Assembly: GCA_963745235.1 (NCBI GenBank)
Contig: CAVUXE010000009.1
Location: 160,001-224,000, forward strand
DNA: 64,000 bases
Source: an uncultured Spirochaetota bacterium
GTDB lineage: Bacteria > Spirochaetota > Spirochaetia > SZUA-6 > Fen-1364
Reading direction: 5' to 3'
Shown here: positions 49,796 through 59,221 of the stretch, piece by piece
Layout: each line of letters opens with the position of its first letter
How positions within the stretch are numbered: the stretch's first letter is position 1
Notes under the pieces: model-generated
Databases searched by the model: none
Told to the model about the DNA's origin: nothing
The model's input: only the letters and a program-made list of their open reading frames with translations
Made by a program: the position numbers and the translations under genes

Positions 49796-50865
49796 GCGTG
49801 CAGACAGTGAAGGAGACCCTGGCGCGAGTGGCGGCCGCGCCGAGCCCTGATGTCGAAGACCTCAGGTACCTCCTCGCCCGGGAGGCCGATGCGGAGGTTC
49901 AGCCGATACTGGATGCCGCTGACAGGACCAGGCGGCAGTTCATGGGAAACGGAATCCTCCTCCGCGGAATTGTCGAGTTTTCAAGCTTCTGCCGCAACAC
50001 CTGCTTCTACTGCGGCCTTCACGCGGGAAACACGCGCATCACACGGTACAGGATGAGCGCGGAGGAGGTCCTCGAAAGCGTTCGAAGAATCTCATCCCAG
50101 GGAGTTCAGACGGTGGTCCTTCAGTCCGGGGAGGATGACGGCCTGGACCCCGCGTGGCTCGCGCAGGTTGTGCGGGACGTGAAGAAGCGTTTTGGCATTG
50201 CCGTGACGCTTTCCGTCGGAGAGCGGCCGCGGGAAGACTATGCGCTGTGGCGGGAGGCCGGCGCTGACAGATACCTCCTGAAGATCGAGTCGTCTGACAC
50301 GGACTTGTATGAATCCCTGCACGCGGGACGCAGGCTCGAGACAAGGCTTCGCTGCATCTTCGACCTCACGACGCTCGGTTACCAGGTCGGCTGCGGCATC
50401 ATGGTTGGGCTCCCCGGCCAGAGCCTGCGGCACATCGCGGGGGACATCCTTTTTTTTGCCGAAAGGCGGTTCGACATGATCGGCATTGGGCCGTTCATTC
50501 CTCACCCTGAAACGAAGCTGCGCGGCCTGCCGCCGGGCAGCGTCCCGCTGACACTGAGGACAGTCGCCCTCACGAGGATCGTCACGAAGGCTGCCCACCT
50601 CCCGGCCACAACGGCCCTGGGGAGCATGGGCCGCGACTATCGCCTGGATGGCCTCAGGGCAGGCGCGAATGTCCTGATGCCGAACTTCACTCCCGTGGAA
50701 TACAAGACGCTCTACGAGATCTATCCCGGCAAGAGGTGCGTGAGCGAGCCGACGGGCGCGTGCGCCCTGTGCATGGAGGGGCTTGCCGAGGGCATTGGCC
50801 GGATAATCGACTATTCCCGCGGGGATTCCCTGGTAACGCAAACCGTCACGCCAGAGCGCCCATAG
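49792..50865 (+). CDS. hydE: [FeFe]-hydrogenase maturase HydE (radical SAM)
   Basis: RGIVEFS-CRNTCFYCG, GIGPFIPHP, GANVLMPN and YEIYPGK. Confidence 0.95.
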   Translation: MSVQTVKETLARVAAAPSPDVEDLRYLLAREADAEVQPILDAADRTRRQFMGNGILLRGIVEFSSFCRNTCFYCGLHAGNTRITRYRMSAEEVLESVRRISSQGVQTVVLQSGEDDGLDPAWLAQVVRDVKKRFGIAVTLSVGERPREDYALWREAGADRYLLKIESSDTDLYESLHAGRRLETRLRCIFDLTTLGYQVGCGIMVGLPGQSLRHIAGDILFFAERRFDMIGIGPFIPHPETKLRGLPPGSVPLTLRTVALTRIVTKAAHLPATTALGSMGRDYRLDGLRAGANVLMPNFTPVEYKTLYEIYPGKRCVSEPTGACALCMEGLAEGIGRIIDYSRGDSLVTQTVTPERP

Positions 50866-50904
50866 AAGGCACGACACTTCTCCTGGCTCCCGAAACTGGG
50901 CAGC

Positions 50905-50925
50905 CTCAGTTTGACTCAGTTTGAC
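50905..50925 (+). repeat. 10-bp tandem repeat CTCAGTTTGA x2 in the aldo/keto reductase promoter region
   Basis: Read directly from the sequence. Confidence 0.7.
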
Positions 50926-50966
50926 CCGACCGTTGGACAATGTGTTATCTTACCCGAGGAGGTGCC

Positions 50967-51968
50967 ATGGAATATCGCCGTCTTGGGAGCGCGGGGCTGA
51001 AGGTGAGCCTGCTGTCACTCGGCTCGTGGGTCACGTACGGAAAGCAGGTCGATGTGAGCGCCGCCGAAGCGCTCATGAAGGCCGCCTGGGACATCCGGGG
51101 TGAACTTCTTCGACAACGCGGAGGCCTACGAAGGCGGGCAAGTCCGAAGAGATCATGGGCGCCGCGCTGAAAAAGCTCGGCTGGCGACGGGCCAGCTACA
51201 TCGTGTCCACGAAGATCTTCTTCGGCATGCACGACGGGGTGAACGAGAGGCAGACTCTCAACCGGAAGAAGCTGCGGGAGGGAATTGACGGCGCGCTGAA
51301 GCGCTTCGGGCTGGACTACATCGACCTCGTGTTCTGCCACCGCCCCGACCCGAATACCCCGGTCGAGGAGACGGTCTGGTCCATGCACATGATGGTGGAA
51401 ACCGGCAAGGCCCTGTACTGGGGAACCTCCGAATGGAGCGGCGGACGAGCTTCGGGAGGCGTGGGCAATTGCGGAGAAGCACCACCTGCACAAGCCGCAG
51501 ATGGAGCAGCCCCAGTACAACCTGTTCGTCCGGCACAAGGTGGAGCAGAATTATGCGCGCCTGTATTCGGGCATCGGCCTTGGTCTCACCACCTGGAGCC
51601 CGCTCGCCTCAGGCATCCTGACCGGCAAGTACAACTCAGGCGTTCCCAAGGATTCGCGGCTGGCGCTCCCGGGCTACGAGTGGCTTCGCAAGTCAGCAGT
51701 GACTCCGGAAAGGATCGAAGCGGTGAAGAAGCTGGAGCCGATTGCGAAGGAGATGGGGGCCAGCCTGGCCCAGCTGTCTCTTGCCTGGTGCGCGCACAAT
51801 CCGAACGTGAGCACCGTCATCACGGGCGCAAGCAGGCCCGAGCAGGTGAAAGAGAACATGAAGGCCCTGGACATCCTCCCCAGGCTCACCCCGGATGTGT
51901 TGAAGAGGATGGACGAGGCGGTGGCGGGAGTCACGGACCTGCATCCGACCTGGGGGCCGCCGAGCTAG
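50967..51968 (+). CDS. Aldo/keto reductase (Kv-beta-like), several frameshifts
   Basis: [35 protein letters not shown] and WSPLASG spread over four ORFs. Confidence 0.87.
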
Positions 51969-52025
51969 GTCGCGAAGGCCGAGCTGGTTAGGGGGGGCCG
52001 AGCCAGGCTGGAGAGCCACCCCGGG

Positions 52026-54962
52026 TCAGAGGGCGGGGTCCCCCGGCGTCTTCCGCACCAGCTCGGAAACCCGGCGCAGGAGCTCTTCCGGCTGGAAGGG
52101 CTTGGGAAGGAAGGGGAGCGAAGCCCCCGCCATGCTCGCTGTCAGGCGGTCGTCCTCGGTATACCCCGACATGTACAGCACGGGCAGGCCTTGCCTGGTG
52201 CGCGACAGCCGCTCCCCCATCTCCAGCCCGCCCATCCCTCCCGGCATGACGACATCCGTAACGACCACATCGATTGCGGCAGAACCTTCAGCAATCAGGA
52301 GGGCGTCCTGAGCCGAGGATGCGGTGAGGACTCTGTATCCTCCCTGTTCCAGGAGCCTGCGGGTCAGCAGCCGTACGTCGGCCTCGTCTTCCACCAGGAG
52401 CACTGTTCCCGATCCCGCCGGGACGTCACGTGCGCCTTCCTGCTTCTCCGCGCACGAGTTGTCCTTCGGAGCGCGCGGGATCCAGATGGTGAACGTGCTT
52501 CCCTGCCCGGGTGCGCTGTCCACCCTGATCCTTCCGCCCGTCTGCGTGATGATCCCGTAAACGATTGAAAGGCCGAGCCCCGTTCCCTTTCCGTGCTCTT
52601 TCGTTGTGAAGAAAGGTTCGAACAGGTGCAGCCGAACATCCTCTGACATCCCGGCCCCGGTGTCCTGGACGCACAGCACCGCATACGCGCCCGGCGGCAG
52701 GTCCACCGGGACGGCAGGACAGTCGGCGTCCTGGCAGGACTGTTGCATGTCAACCTCCGCGGCCTGCAGGACCAGCCGCCCGCCGTCCGGCATGGCGTCA
52801 CGGGCGTTGACCGCGAGGTTGATGATCACCTGCTCCAGCTGGTAGGGGTCTGCGAGCACGCACACCGGGGCCCGCGTCAGGCGCACCTCCAGCTCCACGT
52901 CCTCCCCGAGGAGCGGGCGCAGGAGCGTTTCCGCGCCCGCAACCACGGCGTTCAAGTCCATGACAGACGCCTGGGTGATCTGCTTGCGGCTGAAAGCGAG
53001 GAGGCGTCCCGTGAGGCCGGCCGCGCGCTTGATGGTGCTCTTGATTTCCTCCAGGTCAGACAGTGCAAGGGAGTTGCCCGCCACGGACTCCGTAAGAAGG
53101 CTCGCGTATCCCGAAATGACCGTGAGAAGGTTGTTGAAGTCGTGCGCAATGCCGCCTGCCAGTCTCCCGATTGCCTCCATCTTCTGCGAGTGCAAGAGTT
53201 GCTCCTGGGCCCGGCTGAGCTGCTGGAGGCTGCTCTGCAGGTCCTGCACGAGCCGCGCCTTGCGCATGGCAGCGGCAGTCTGGAACGCGAAAGCCCGAAA
53301 CATCGGGATGTCCTCTGCTCCCAGGTTTTCACCGCGGACGCACAGCAGTCCGATGAGCTCATCCATGGCGGAAAGCGGGGAGAAGATTGCCCGGCGGGAA
53401 TCTTTTCGCGCGCGGGAGCGCAAGGACTCCAGAGGCGGAAGGGACCTGACCATGGGCTGGTCCAGCTCCAGGGACAGCGTCACCTGCCTCTGCAGGGCTT
53501 CCGCCAGGGTGGGAACGCCGTCCAGGTCGTACCATGTCGCATCTTTTCCCCCGGCCGCAATCTCCACCCCTCCGCTTTCGCTGCTGCGGCAGGCCAGGGA
53601 GAGCCTCTTCCCGGTGGGGTCGGAAATGAAAATGGCGCAGGACAGTCCAAGGGCGGTGAGCTCACGGATCGCAATCGGGAAGATCTCAACGGGGTTGAGG
53701 GCCTGCTCCATGGCAAGGGCCGCCGCGTTCAGGGAGTGGAGGAAACGCTCCGTGCGCTGACGCGCGATGAGCTCCCGACGAAGCTTTTCGTAGAGGCGGG
53801 CGTTCTCGATGGAGCTGGAAAGCTGGTCCGCAACCGTCTGCTGGGCGGCCACGTCCGCGCCCCCGAAGGCTCGCAGGCTCGGGCTCTGGATGTCCAGCAC
53901 GCCGATCACTTCCCGTCCCCGCCGGATCGGAACGGCCATCTCGGAGCGCGTGCTGACCGCCGCGGACATTGAGGCGTACCGGGGCTCCTTTTCCACGTCC
54001 GCCACGCACAGGGGCTGCCCCGTGGCGGCTACCCAGCCGCAGATTCCCTCCACGCCGATCTTCAGGCGGAACTTCCCCGCAAAGGAGTGGATCAGCGGCA
54101 TGGAAGACGCGCGGAGCACCAGCTCATCACCTTCGATCAGCAGGACGGCCACCGTCGAATAGGCGAAAGAGTCCTTGATGAGGTCAACCGCCTCCATGAG
54201 CAGCTCCTCCAGCTCGAGGATGGCGGTGGTCCGGCGCCCTACGCGCGCAATCAGGGCCTGGCGATGCGATCTTTCCTGCAGGTGGGCGGTGAGCTCACGC
54301 AGCGGGTTGAACAGCTGCCGCCTCATGATACCCCTGCCAAGGATGCCCACGCAGACTGCGGTGGTGATGGACATGACAGGCACCATGACGGCGGTGAAAG
54401 AGCCGACCAGGTATCCGGCCAGGAGCGCCAGAACGCTGACACTGATGAAAGCCTCCGTCACGCGCGAGCGGTGCCGGAAGATCAGAAGCAGGCAGGACGC
54501 GAGCAGCGCCGCGGGAAGCGCGCCTTCCCAGTATCCGAGCTTCGAAAGAAGGAATCGCGTGATCCCCGAGGTCTCGAGCCAGGGGTGATACACGATCTTC
54601 CCGGAGAAAAGGAACGGTCCAAGAGCAGCCAGCAGGGCAAGCGCCGCCGACGCCACCGCCAGGGGCCAGCCCTTTCCGAGCTTCAGGTAGCGGGCCACGA
54701 AAAGGAAGAGAAACGGGATCATGATGAACAGGCATGCGGCGGCAAGCTGGAGGAGTAGCTCGGGATTGCCCGCGTGGTAGAACAGGGACAGGCGGAGGAG
54801 CAGCGCGAAAGCGCAATGGGCGCCGGCAAAGAGAACGAAACCGCAAAAGCTGCGGTTGAGAGGCTTGCGCAGCCCCGCCGCCCCCACCGCGACTGCAAGA
54901 GTTGCGGAGAGGAGAGTGGACAGCCCGAGGGCTGCAATGTCCAGCGCGAGAAGGGCAGGCAT
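52026..54962 (-). CDS. Hybrid histidine kinase (N-terminal multi-TM sensor, GAF domains, HisKA, HATPase, REC)
   Basis: About 7 TM helices, GICGWVA GAF, AHDFNNLL, NARDAM, GTGLGL and LVEDE...DVVMP. Confidence 0.93.
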   Translation of the reverse strand: MPALLALDIAALGLSTLLSATLAVAVGAAGLRKPLNRSFCGFVLFAGAHCAFALLLRLSLFYHAGNPELLLQLAAACLFIMIPFLFLFVARYLKLGKGWPLAVASAALALLAALGPFLFSGKIVYHPWLETSGITRFLLSKLGYWEGALPAALLASCLLLIFRHRSRVTEAFISVSVLALLAGYLVGSFTAVMVPVMSITTAVCVGILGRGIMRRQLFNPLRELTAHLQERSHRQALIARVGRRTTAILELEELLMEAVDLIKDSFAYSTVAVLLIEGDELVLRASSMPLIHSFAGKFRLKIGVEGICGWVAATGQPLCVADVEKEPRYASMSAAVSTRSEMAVPIRRGREVIGVLDIQSPSLRAFGGADVAAQQTVADQLSSSIENARLYEKLRRELIARQRTERFLHSLNAAALAMEQALNPVEIFPIAIRELTALGLSCAIFISDPTGKRLSLACRSSESGGVEIAAGGKDATWYDLDGVPTLAEALQRQVTLSLELDQPMVRSLPPLESLRSRARKDSRRAIFSPLSAMDELIGLLCVRGENLGAEDIPMFRAFAFQTAAAMRKARLVQDLQSSLQQLSRAQEQLLHSQKMEAIGRLAGGIAHDFNNLLTVISGYASLLTESVAGNSLALSDLEEIKSTIKRAAGLTGRLLAFSRKQITQASVMDLNAVVAGAETLLRPLLGEDVELEVRLTRAPVCVLADPYQLEQVIINLAVNARDAMPDGGRLVLQAAEVDMQQSCQDADCPAVPVDLPPGAYAVLCVQDTGAGMSEDVRLHLFEPFFTTKEHGKGTGLGLSIVYGIITQTGGRIRVDSAPGQGSTFTIWIPRAPKDNSCAEKQEGARDVPAGSGTVLLVEDEADVRLLTRRLLEQGGYRVLTASSAQDALLIAEGSAAIDVVVTDVVMPGGMGGLEMGERLSRTRQGLPVLYMSGYTEDDRLTASMAGASLPFLPKPFQPEELLRRVSELVRKTPGDPAL

Positions 54963-55012
54963 GATCCGGGAAACTTTCCTCGCTTACTGACCGGCGTCCC
55001 GCGGATCCGGGC

Positions 55013-55483
55013 TCATCCGGTCTGGTCTCCCAATCTCCTCCCCATTATATCGTGAATATCTATGGCAATTACAGAGGTCCGCGACAGTGATGAGGGCTTG
55101 TACGCGAAGCTGTCCGCCCCCCCGCGTGCGGCGTAATGGCGCATGATGAGGTCAAGGCCGTGCAGTTTTTCCGCCTCATCCCGGAGGATTCTCGCGATGC
55201 CGCTCCCGACAACGCTCTGGGAGCGCACGGAGAAGTCGCAGGCCGTCTCCCCTTCCACGATCTGCACCCCGGCGACCGCGGTGAATCCCACCCGGGCATC
55301 CGCCCGCAGCAGATCGATCTTGGTGCCGCCCGGAGCGCTGTGAACATACAGCGTGCCTTCCTCGTATCCAAAAAACATTGGCACGGCGTACGGGGCGGGC
55401 TCCCTGTGGATAACGAGGAAAAGGACGCTGGACTGGTCGAGAATTCCTGCGATATCCGCCGGGTCGCTCACCGTCTCATGCAA
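55013..55483 (-). CDS. Pyridoxamine 5'-phosphate oxidase-like / NimA-family flavin-binding protein (start uncertain)
   Basis: PYAVPM, YVHSA-GGTKID and SVVGSG. Confidence 0.8.
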   Translation of the reverse strand: MHETVSDPADIAGILDQSSVLFLVIHREPAPYAVPMFFGYEEGTLYVHSAPGGTKIDLLRADARVGFTAVAGVQIVEGETACDFSVRSQSVVGSGIARILRDEAEKLHGLDLIMRHYAARGGADSFAYKPSSLSRTSVIAIDIHDIMGRRLGDQTG

Positions 55484-56450
55484 AGCGTTCTTCGCTCCCA
55501 TCCTCATCAAGGAGCAGGCCGTCCAGCCTGCGGAGCGTCGTAAAGTAGTCCCGGTCCTCGAAGCGGCCTCCGAAATGGAACAGGCCCGCAAACCGCCGGG
55601 GCAAGGCGTTGTAGACTGCCCTCGAAATCGAGACGCATCCGGGGCGTGTGGATTTCTTTTCCAGGTGCGCCGCGAAGTTGATGACGTCCGAGACGATCTT
55701 TCCCGTCTCGGGGTTGAACCGGATCCTCCCCGCGTCTATCCCGAGGCGAAGGGAGATATCCGCGGGCCAGTCCGCTGCCGCGGTGAGGTTGAAAACGGGA
55801 ATGGCCGTCTGGACCTCAATGGAGAACCTCACCGCCCTGCGCGCGCCATCCTTGAGAGCGAAGGCAATGATGCCGCCGTCCCCCGCCCAGGACCACACGC
55901 GGCCGTCAGTGGCTGCAAGCTTGTCCCGCAGAAAGCTCCAGAGGTTGAAGTACAGCCTCTCCATCTTCTTGAGGCCATACTTGCGGACCAGGACGGAGCT
56001 GTTGGCGATGTCGAGGCTGATCACCGCGGTATCGTACTCGCGCCCCTCCTTGAGGCACCCCCAGTTGGCAAGCTCGCCCGGATCCTTGCATGAGCTGAGG
56101 ATCCTGCGCGTCTTGAAATCGTAGCGGATCCCGGTTTTCAGGAGCTTGCCGAGAAACCGTTCCAGTCCGTCCACCCGCACGGCGCGGCCATGCACCACGC
56201 CGTCATCCACCTCCACCACCAGCTTGAGAAGCGCCTGCAGCTCACCACCTTGATCACAACGCTCCACCAGGAGCTTTGCGCTCTTGCGCGATGAGAGAGA
56301 GATGTGATTCTTTGTCCCCGCGGCTTCGTTCGAATCGAAGCTTCCCAGAACGAGCTTTCCGAGCTCATTGACCTCGTCGGTCTTGAAATTTGACGCGATG
56401 AGCTCCACCAGATCGTTGCGCAGTGCTGGTTCCAGCACCATTCCCGTCAC
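55476..56450 (-). CDS. Class III nucleotide cyclase domain protein with helical N-terminal domain
   Basis: SLDIANSS, AGDGG, LRLGIDAG and INFAAHLEK. Confidence 0.8.
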   Translation of the reverse strand: MTGMVLEPALRNDLVELIASNFKTDEVNELGKLVLGSFDSNEAAGTKNHISLSSRKSAKLLVERCDQGGELQALLKLVVEVDDGVVHGRAVRVDGLERFLGKLLKTGIRYDFKTRRILSSCKDPGELANWGCLKEGREYDTAVISLDIANSSVLVRKYGLKKMERLYFNLWSFLRDKLAATDGRVWSWAGDGGIIAFALKDGARRAVRFSIEVQTAIPVFNLTAAADWPADISLRLGIDAGRIRFNPETGKIVSDVINFAAHLEKKSTRPGCVSISRAVYNALPRRFAGLFHFGGRFEDRDYFTTLRRLDGLLLDEDGSEERFA

Positions 56451-56554
56451 CTCGAAGATAATTTCGCTACATGTTGTATCCTGGCAATGGCCGACTTATT
56501 ATGTAAGAAATTGAAGAGAATTCATCAAAACATGGATACCCTTGGTTGTCAAGA

Positions 56555-57778
56555 ATGACCACGCTGTTCGATAACGCGAGGCTTGTTCTTCCCGACCGCG
56601 TCGTTTCGGGCTCACTCGGCGTGGAGGGAGCGCTGATCAGCGAAGTCCGCGAAGGGGCCCACGCCGCGCCGGCGGGAAGCCGTGTCATCAACGCAGACGG
56701 CCTGTACCTTTCTCCGGGGTTCGTGGACATCCACACGCACGGCGCGGGTGGGGCTGATTTCATGGACGGCACCGAGGAGGCCGTGCTCACGGCCTGCCGG
56801 ACTCACCTTCGCCATGGAACAACGACCATCGTTCCGACCACTCTCACCAGCACATTCACGGAGCTGCGCTCCATCCTCGAAGTCGTGGGACGAGTGCGCC
56901 GCGGCCAGGGCCTGCCCCCGGGCGCCGCGAGTCCCGCGATATTCGACGATCTGCCCGAAATTCTCGGCGTGCATGTCGAAGGTCCCTACTTTTCCCCGGA
57001 GCAGAGAGGCGCACAGGACCCTCGATTCCTCAAGGACCCGGATCCCGAGGAATACGCGAGGGTCCTGGACGCGTGTCCCTGGATCGTGCGATGGACCGTT
57101 GCCCCAGAGCTGCCAGGGGCTCTCCCCATGGGAAGGGAGCTTGCGCGCCGGGGAATCGTCGCGTCCATCGGGCATTCCAACGCCGTCTACGAACAGGTGA
57201 CAGAGGCGTGCCGCAACGGCTACACGCTCGTGACACACCTGTACAACGGGATGTCGCGACTGGTGCGCAAGGATGCGATCATGCATCCGGGAGTCGCTGA
57301 GAGCGCCCTTGTCCTGGACGAGCTTGCCGTGGAGGTGATTGCAGATGGCATGCACCTGCCCCCCGCGCTTCTGGAGCTGACATTCAAGGTGAAAGGACCG
57401 GACAGAATCTGCCTGGTGACGGACTCCATGCGCGCCGCCGGCCAGGAGGTGAAAGAGAGCATCCTGGGAAGCCTCTCAAGCGGCAGGCGGGTGATTGTTG
57501 ATGACGGCGTGGCCTGGCTTCCCGACAGGTCCTTCTTTGCGGGAAGCGTCGCAACCGCGGACCGGCTTGTGCGTACCATGAGCCGCGTGCGGGGGGTCTC
57601 TCTCCCGGATGCCGTTCGCATGATGACTCTCACCCCGGCCCGGGTCATGGGGGTGCACGCGCGCAAGGGAACCCTCTGGGCCGGAAAGGACGCCGACATT
57701 GTCCTGTTCGACGACGACCTCAGGATCCGGCTCGTGATGGCTCGGGGGAGAATAATCGTGGACGAGCTTACAGCTTGA
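56555..57778 (+). CDS. nagA: N-acetylglucosamine-6-phosphate deacetylase
   Basis: PGFVDIHTHG, HVEGPY, THLYNGM, ADGMH and VTDSM. Confidence 0.92.
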   Translation: MTTLFDNARLVLPDRVVSGSLGVEGALISEVREGAHAAPAGSRVINADGLYLSPGFVDIHTHGAGGADFMDGTEEAVLTACRTHLRHGTTTIVPTTLTSTFTELRSILEVVGRVRRGQGLPPGAASPAIFDDLPEILGVHVEGPYFSPEQRGAQDPRFLKDPDPEEYARVLDACPWIVRWTVAPELPGALPMGRELARRGIVASIGHSNAVYEQVTEACRNGYTLVTHLYNGMSRLVRKDAIMHPGVAESALVLDELAVEVIADGMHLPPALLELTFKVKGPDRICLVTDSMRAAGQEVKESILGSLSSGRRVIVDDGVAWLPDRSFFAGSVATADRLVRTMSRVRGVSLPDAVRMMTLTPARVMGVHARKGTLWAGKDADIVLFDDDLRIRLVMARGRIIVDELTA

Positions 57779-58823
57779 CTTTGACCGGGTGACCGCTCTC
57801 GGAAGACTCCACGCTCGCTTCCAGGTACGCCTGCACCTTGGCTCCGTTTCTGAAATCCGAAGCATCGTCCTTCCCCGTTCGGATGCACGTGATGAACCGT
57901 TCGTACTGCGTCGGCGTCCGCCCGCTTTTGACCACTCGCCATTGGGCCGCGCGGGCCGCTTTCCTTCCTTTCACGAGGCGGTAGCCGGAAGGGTCACGAT
58001 CCAGGTCCACTTCCACCGCGCCATCGTCCCCGTACACGCGCACGCGAAGGCTGTTCTGGTGGCCTGGTGCCCAGCGCGTGGCATGCACCGTGCCGATCCC
58101 GCCGGTTTCCAGTTCGATGGTGGAGACGAAGCTGTCGTTGGCATCCAGCACGTAGGGCCCGATCCGGTTTCCCTTCACGCCTTTGGGGAATGTCCGCAGG
58201 AGGCAGGAGATCCGGCGGATGTCGCCGCAGAGAAGCCCCACAAGGTCGTAGATGTGGCAGCCGATGTCGCCAAGGGTCCCCGCGCTGCCATGGCGGGTGG
58301 ACAGCCTCCACGTGAAGGAAGGCTTGGTGCGCCAGTCCCCCCAGGCGTCCTGCGCGAGCCAGCTCTGCAGGTAGCTCGCCTCAACGTGCATGATCCTGCC
58401 GATCCCGCCGGACCTGAGGAGGTCCGCCGCCGCTTGCGCGCCCGAGGAGTTGCGGTAGCTGAAATTGACCATCCCGATGGTCTTGCGCCGGGCCGCCGCG
58501 TCCCGCATCCTGCGCGCGTCCGCGAGCGTGGTGGCAAGGGGCTTCTCGCATAGAACGGCTGCTCCCCTGGCAATTGCCGCAAGGGTGATGGGGGCATGCA
58601 TGATGTCCGTCGTGACGTTGGCTACCCCGTCCAGCTGTTCCTTTTCAAGGAGCTCGCTGGAGTCCGTGTACCACCGGGGGATCTTCCATGCGCGGGCAAA
58701 CGCGCGCGCCTTGTCCGCGTCGATGTCGCAGCACGCCGCAAGCGTCACGCCCCGCATGGCCCCGAAGCTGCGCGCGTGCGCTCCCGCCATGTTGCCCGTC
58801 CCGATGATGCCCAGCTGGATCAT
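57768..58823 (-). CDS. Gfo/Idh/MocA oxidoreductase
   Basis: GIIGTG, CEKPLA and DIGCH. Confidence 0.92.
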   Translation of the reverse strand: MIQLGIIGTGNMAGAHARSFGAMRGVTLAACCDIDADKARAFARAWKIPRWYTDSSELLEKEQLDGVANVTTDIMHAPITLAAIARGAAVLCEKPLATTLADARRMRDAAARRKTIGMVNFSYRNSSGAQAAADLLRSGGIGRIMHVEASYLQSWLAQDAWGDWRTKPSFTWRLSTRHGSAGTLGDIGCHIYDLVGLLCGDIRRISCLLRTFPKGVKGNRIGPYVLDANDSFVSTIELETGGIGTVHATRWAPGHQNSLRVRVYGDDGAVEVDLDRDPSGYRLVKGRKAARAAQWRVVKSGRTPTQYERFITCIRTGKDDASDFRNGAKVQAYLEASVESSESGHPVKVKL

Positions 58824-58842
58824 GGGGGAGACTGTAGCGGAG

Positions 58843-59181
58843 CTATACCTGCCAGTCCAGCACGTACTTCCCGTCGAAGTCCGTGAACCCGCCGACCACG
58901 ATGGTGATGAAGTCTATGACGACCCAGATCCCGAAGCCTCCGGCGGTGATGAGCATCAGGACGCCCGTCCCCACCTTGCCGACGTAGAAACGATGGACGC
59001 CAAGCCACCCCAGGAAAATGCAGAACAGGAGGGTCGCCAGCCGGCTCTTCGGGCTTACCGTCTTGTCGCTGCGAAAGCCAGGGGCCATGCCGGGCGAGCG
59101 CACCGGGTGCCCGCAGTTGGGGCAGTACACGGCCTGGTTCGAAAGCTCTTTGCCGCAGTTCACGCAGAACATGATGGTCAC
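58843..59181 (-). CDS. Zinc-ribbon plus TM2 domain protein
   Basis: CVNCG...CPNCG and LGWLGVHRFYVGK. Confidence 0.9.
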   Translation of the reverse strand: MTIMFCVNCGKELSNQAVYCPNCGHPVRSPGMAPGFRSDKTVSPKSRLATLLFCIFLGWLGVHRFYVGKVGTGVLMLITAGGFGIWVVIDFITIVVGGFTDFDGKYVLDWQV

Positions 59182-59221
59182 CTCCGCTCCCCATTCAACA
59201 CCGACGGGAGCGCACAGCGTT

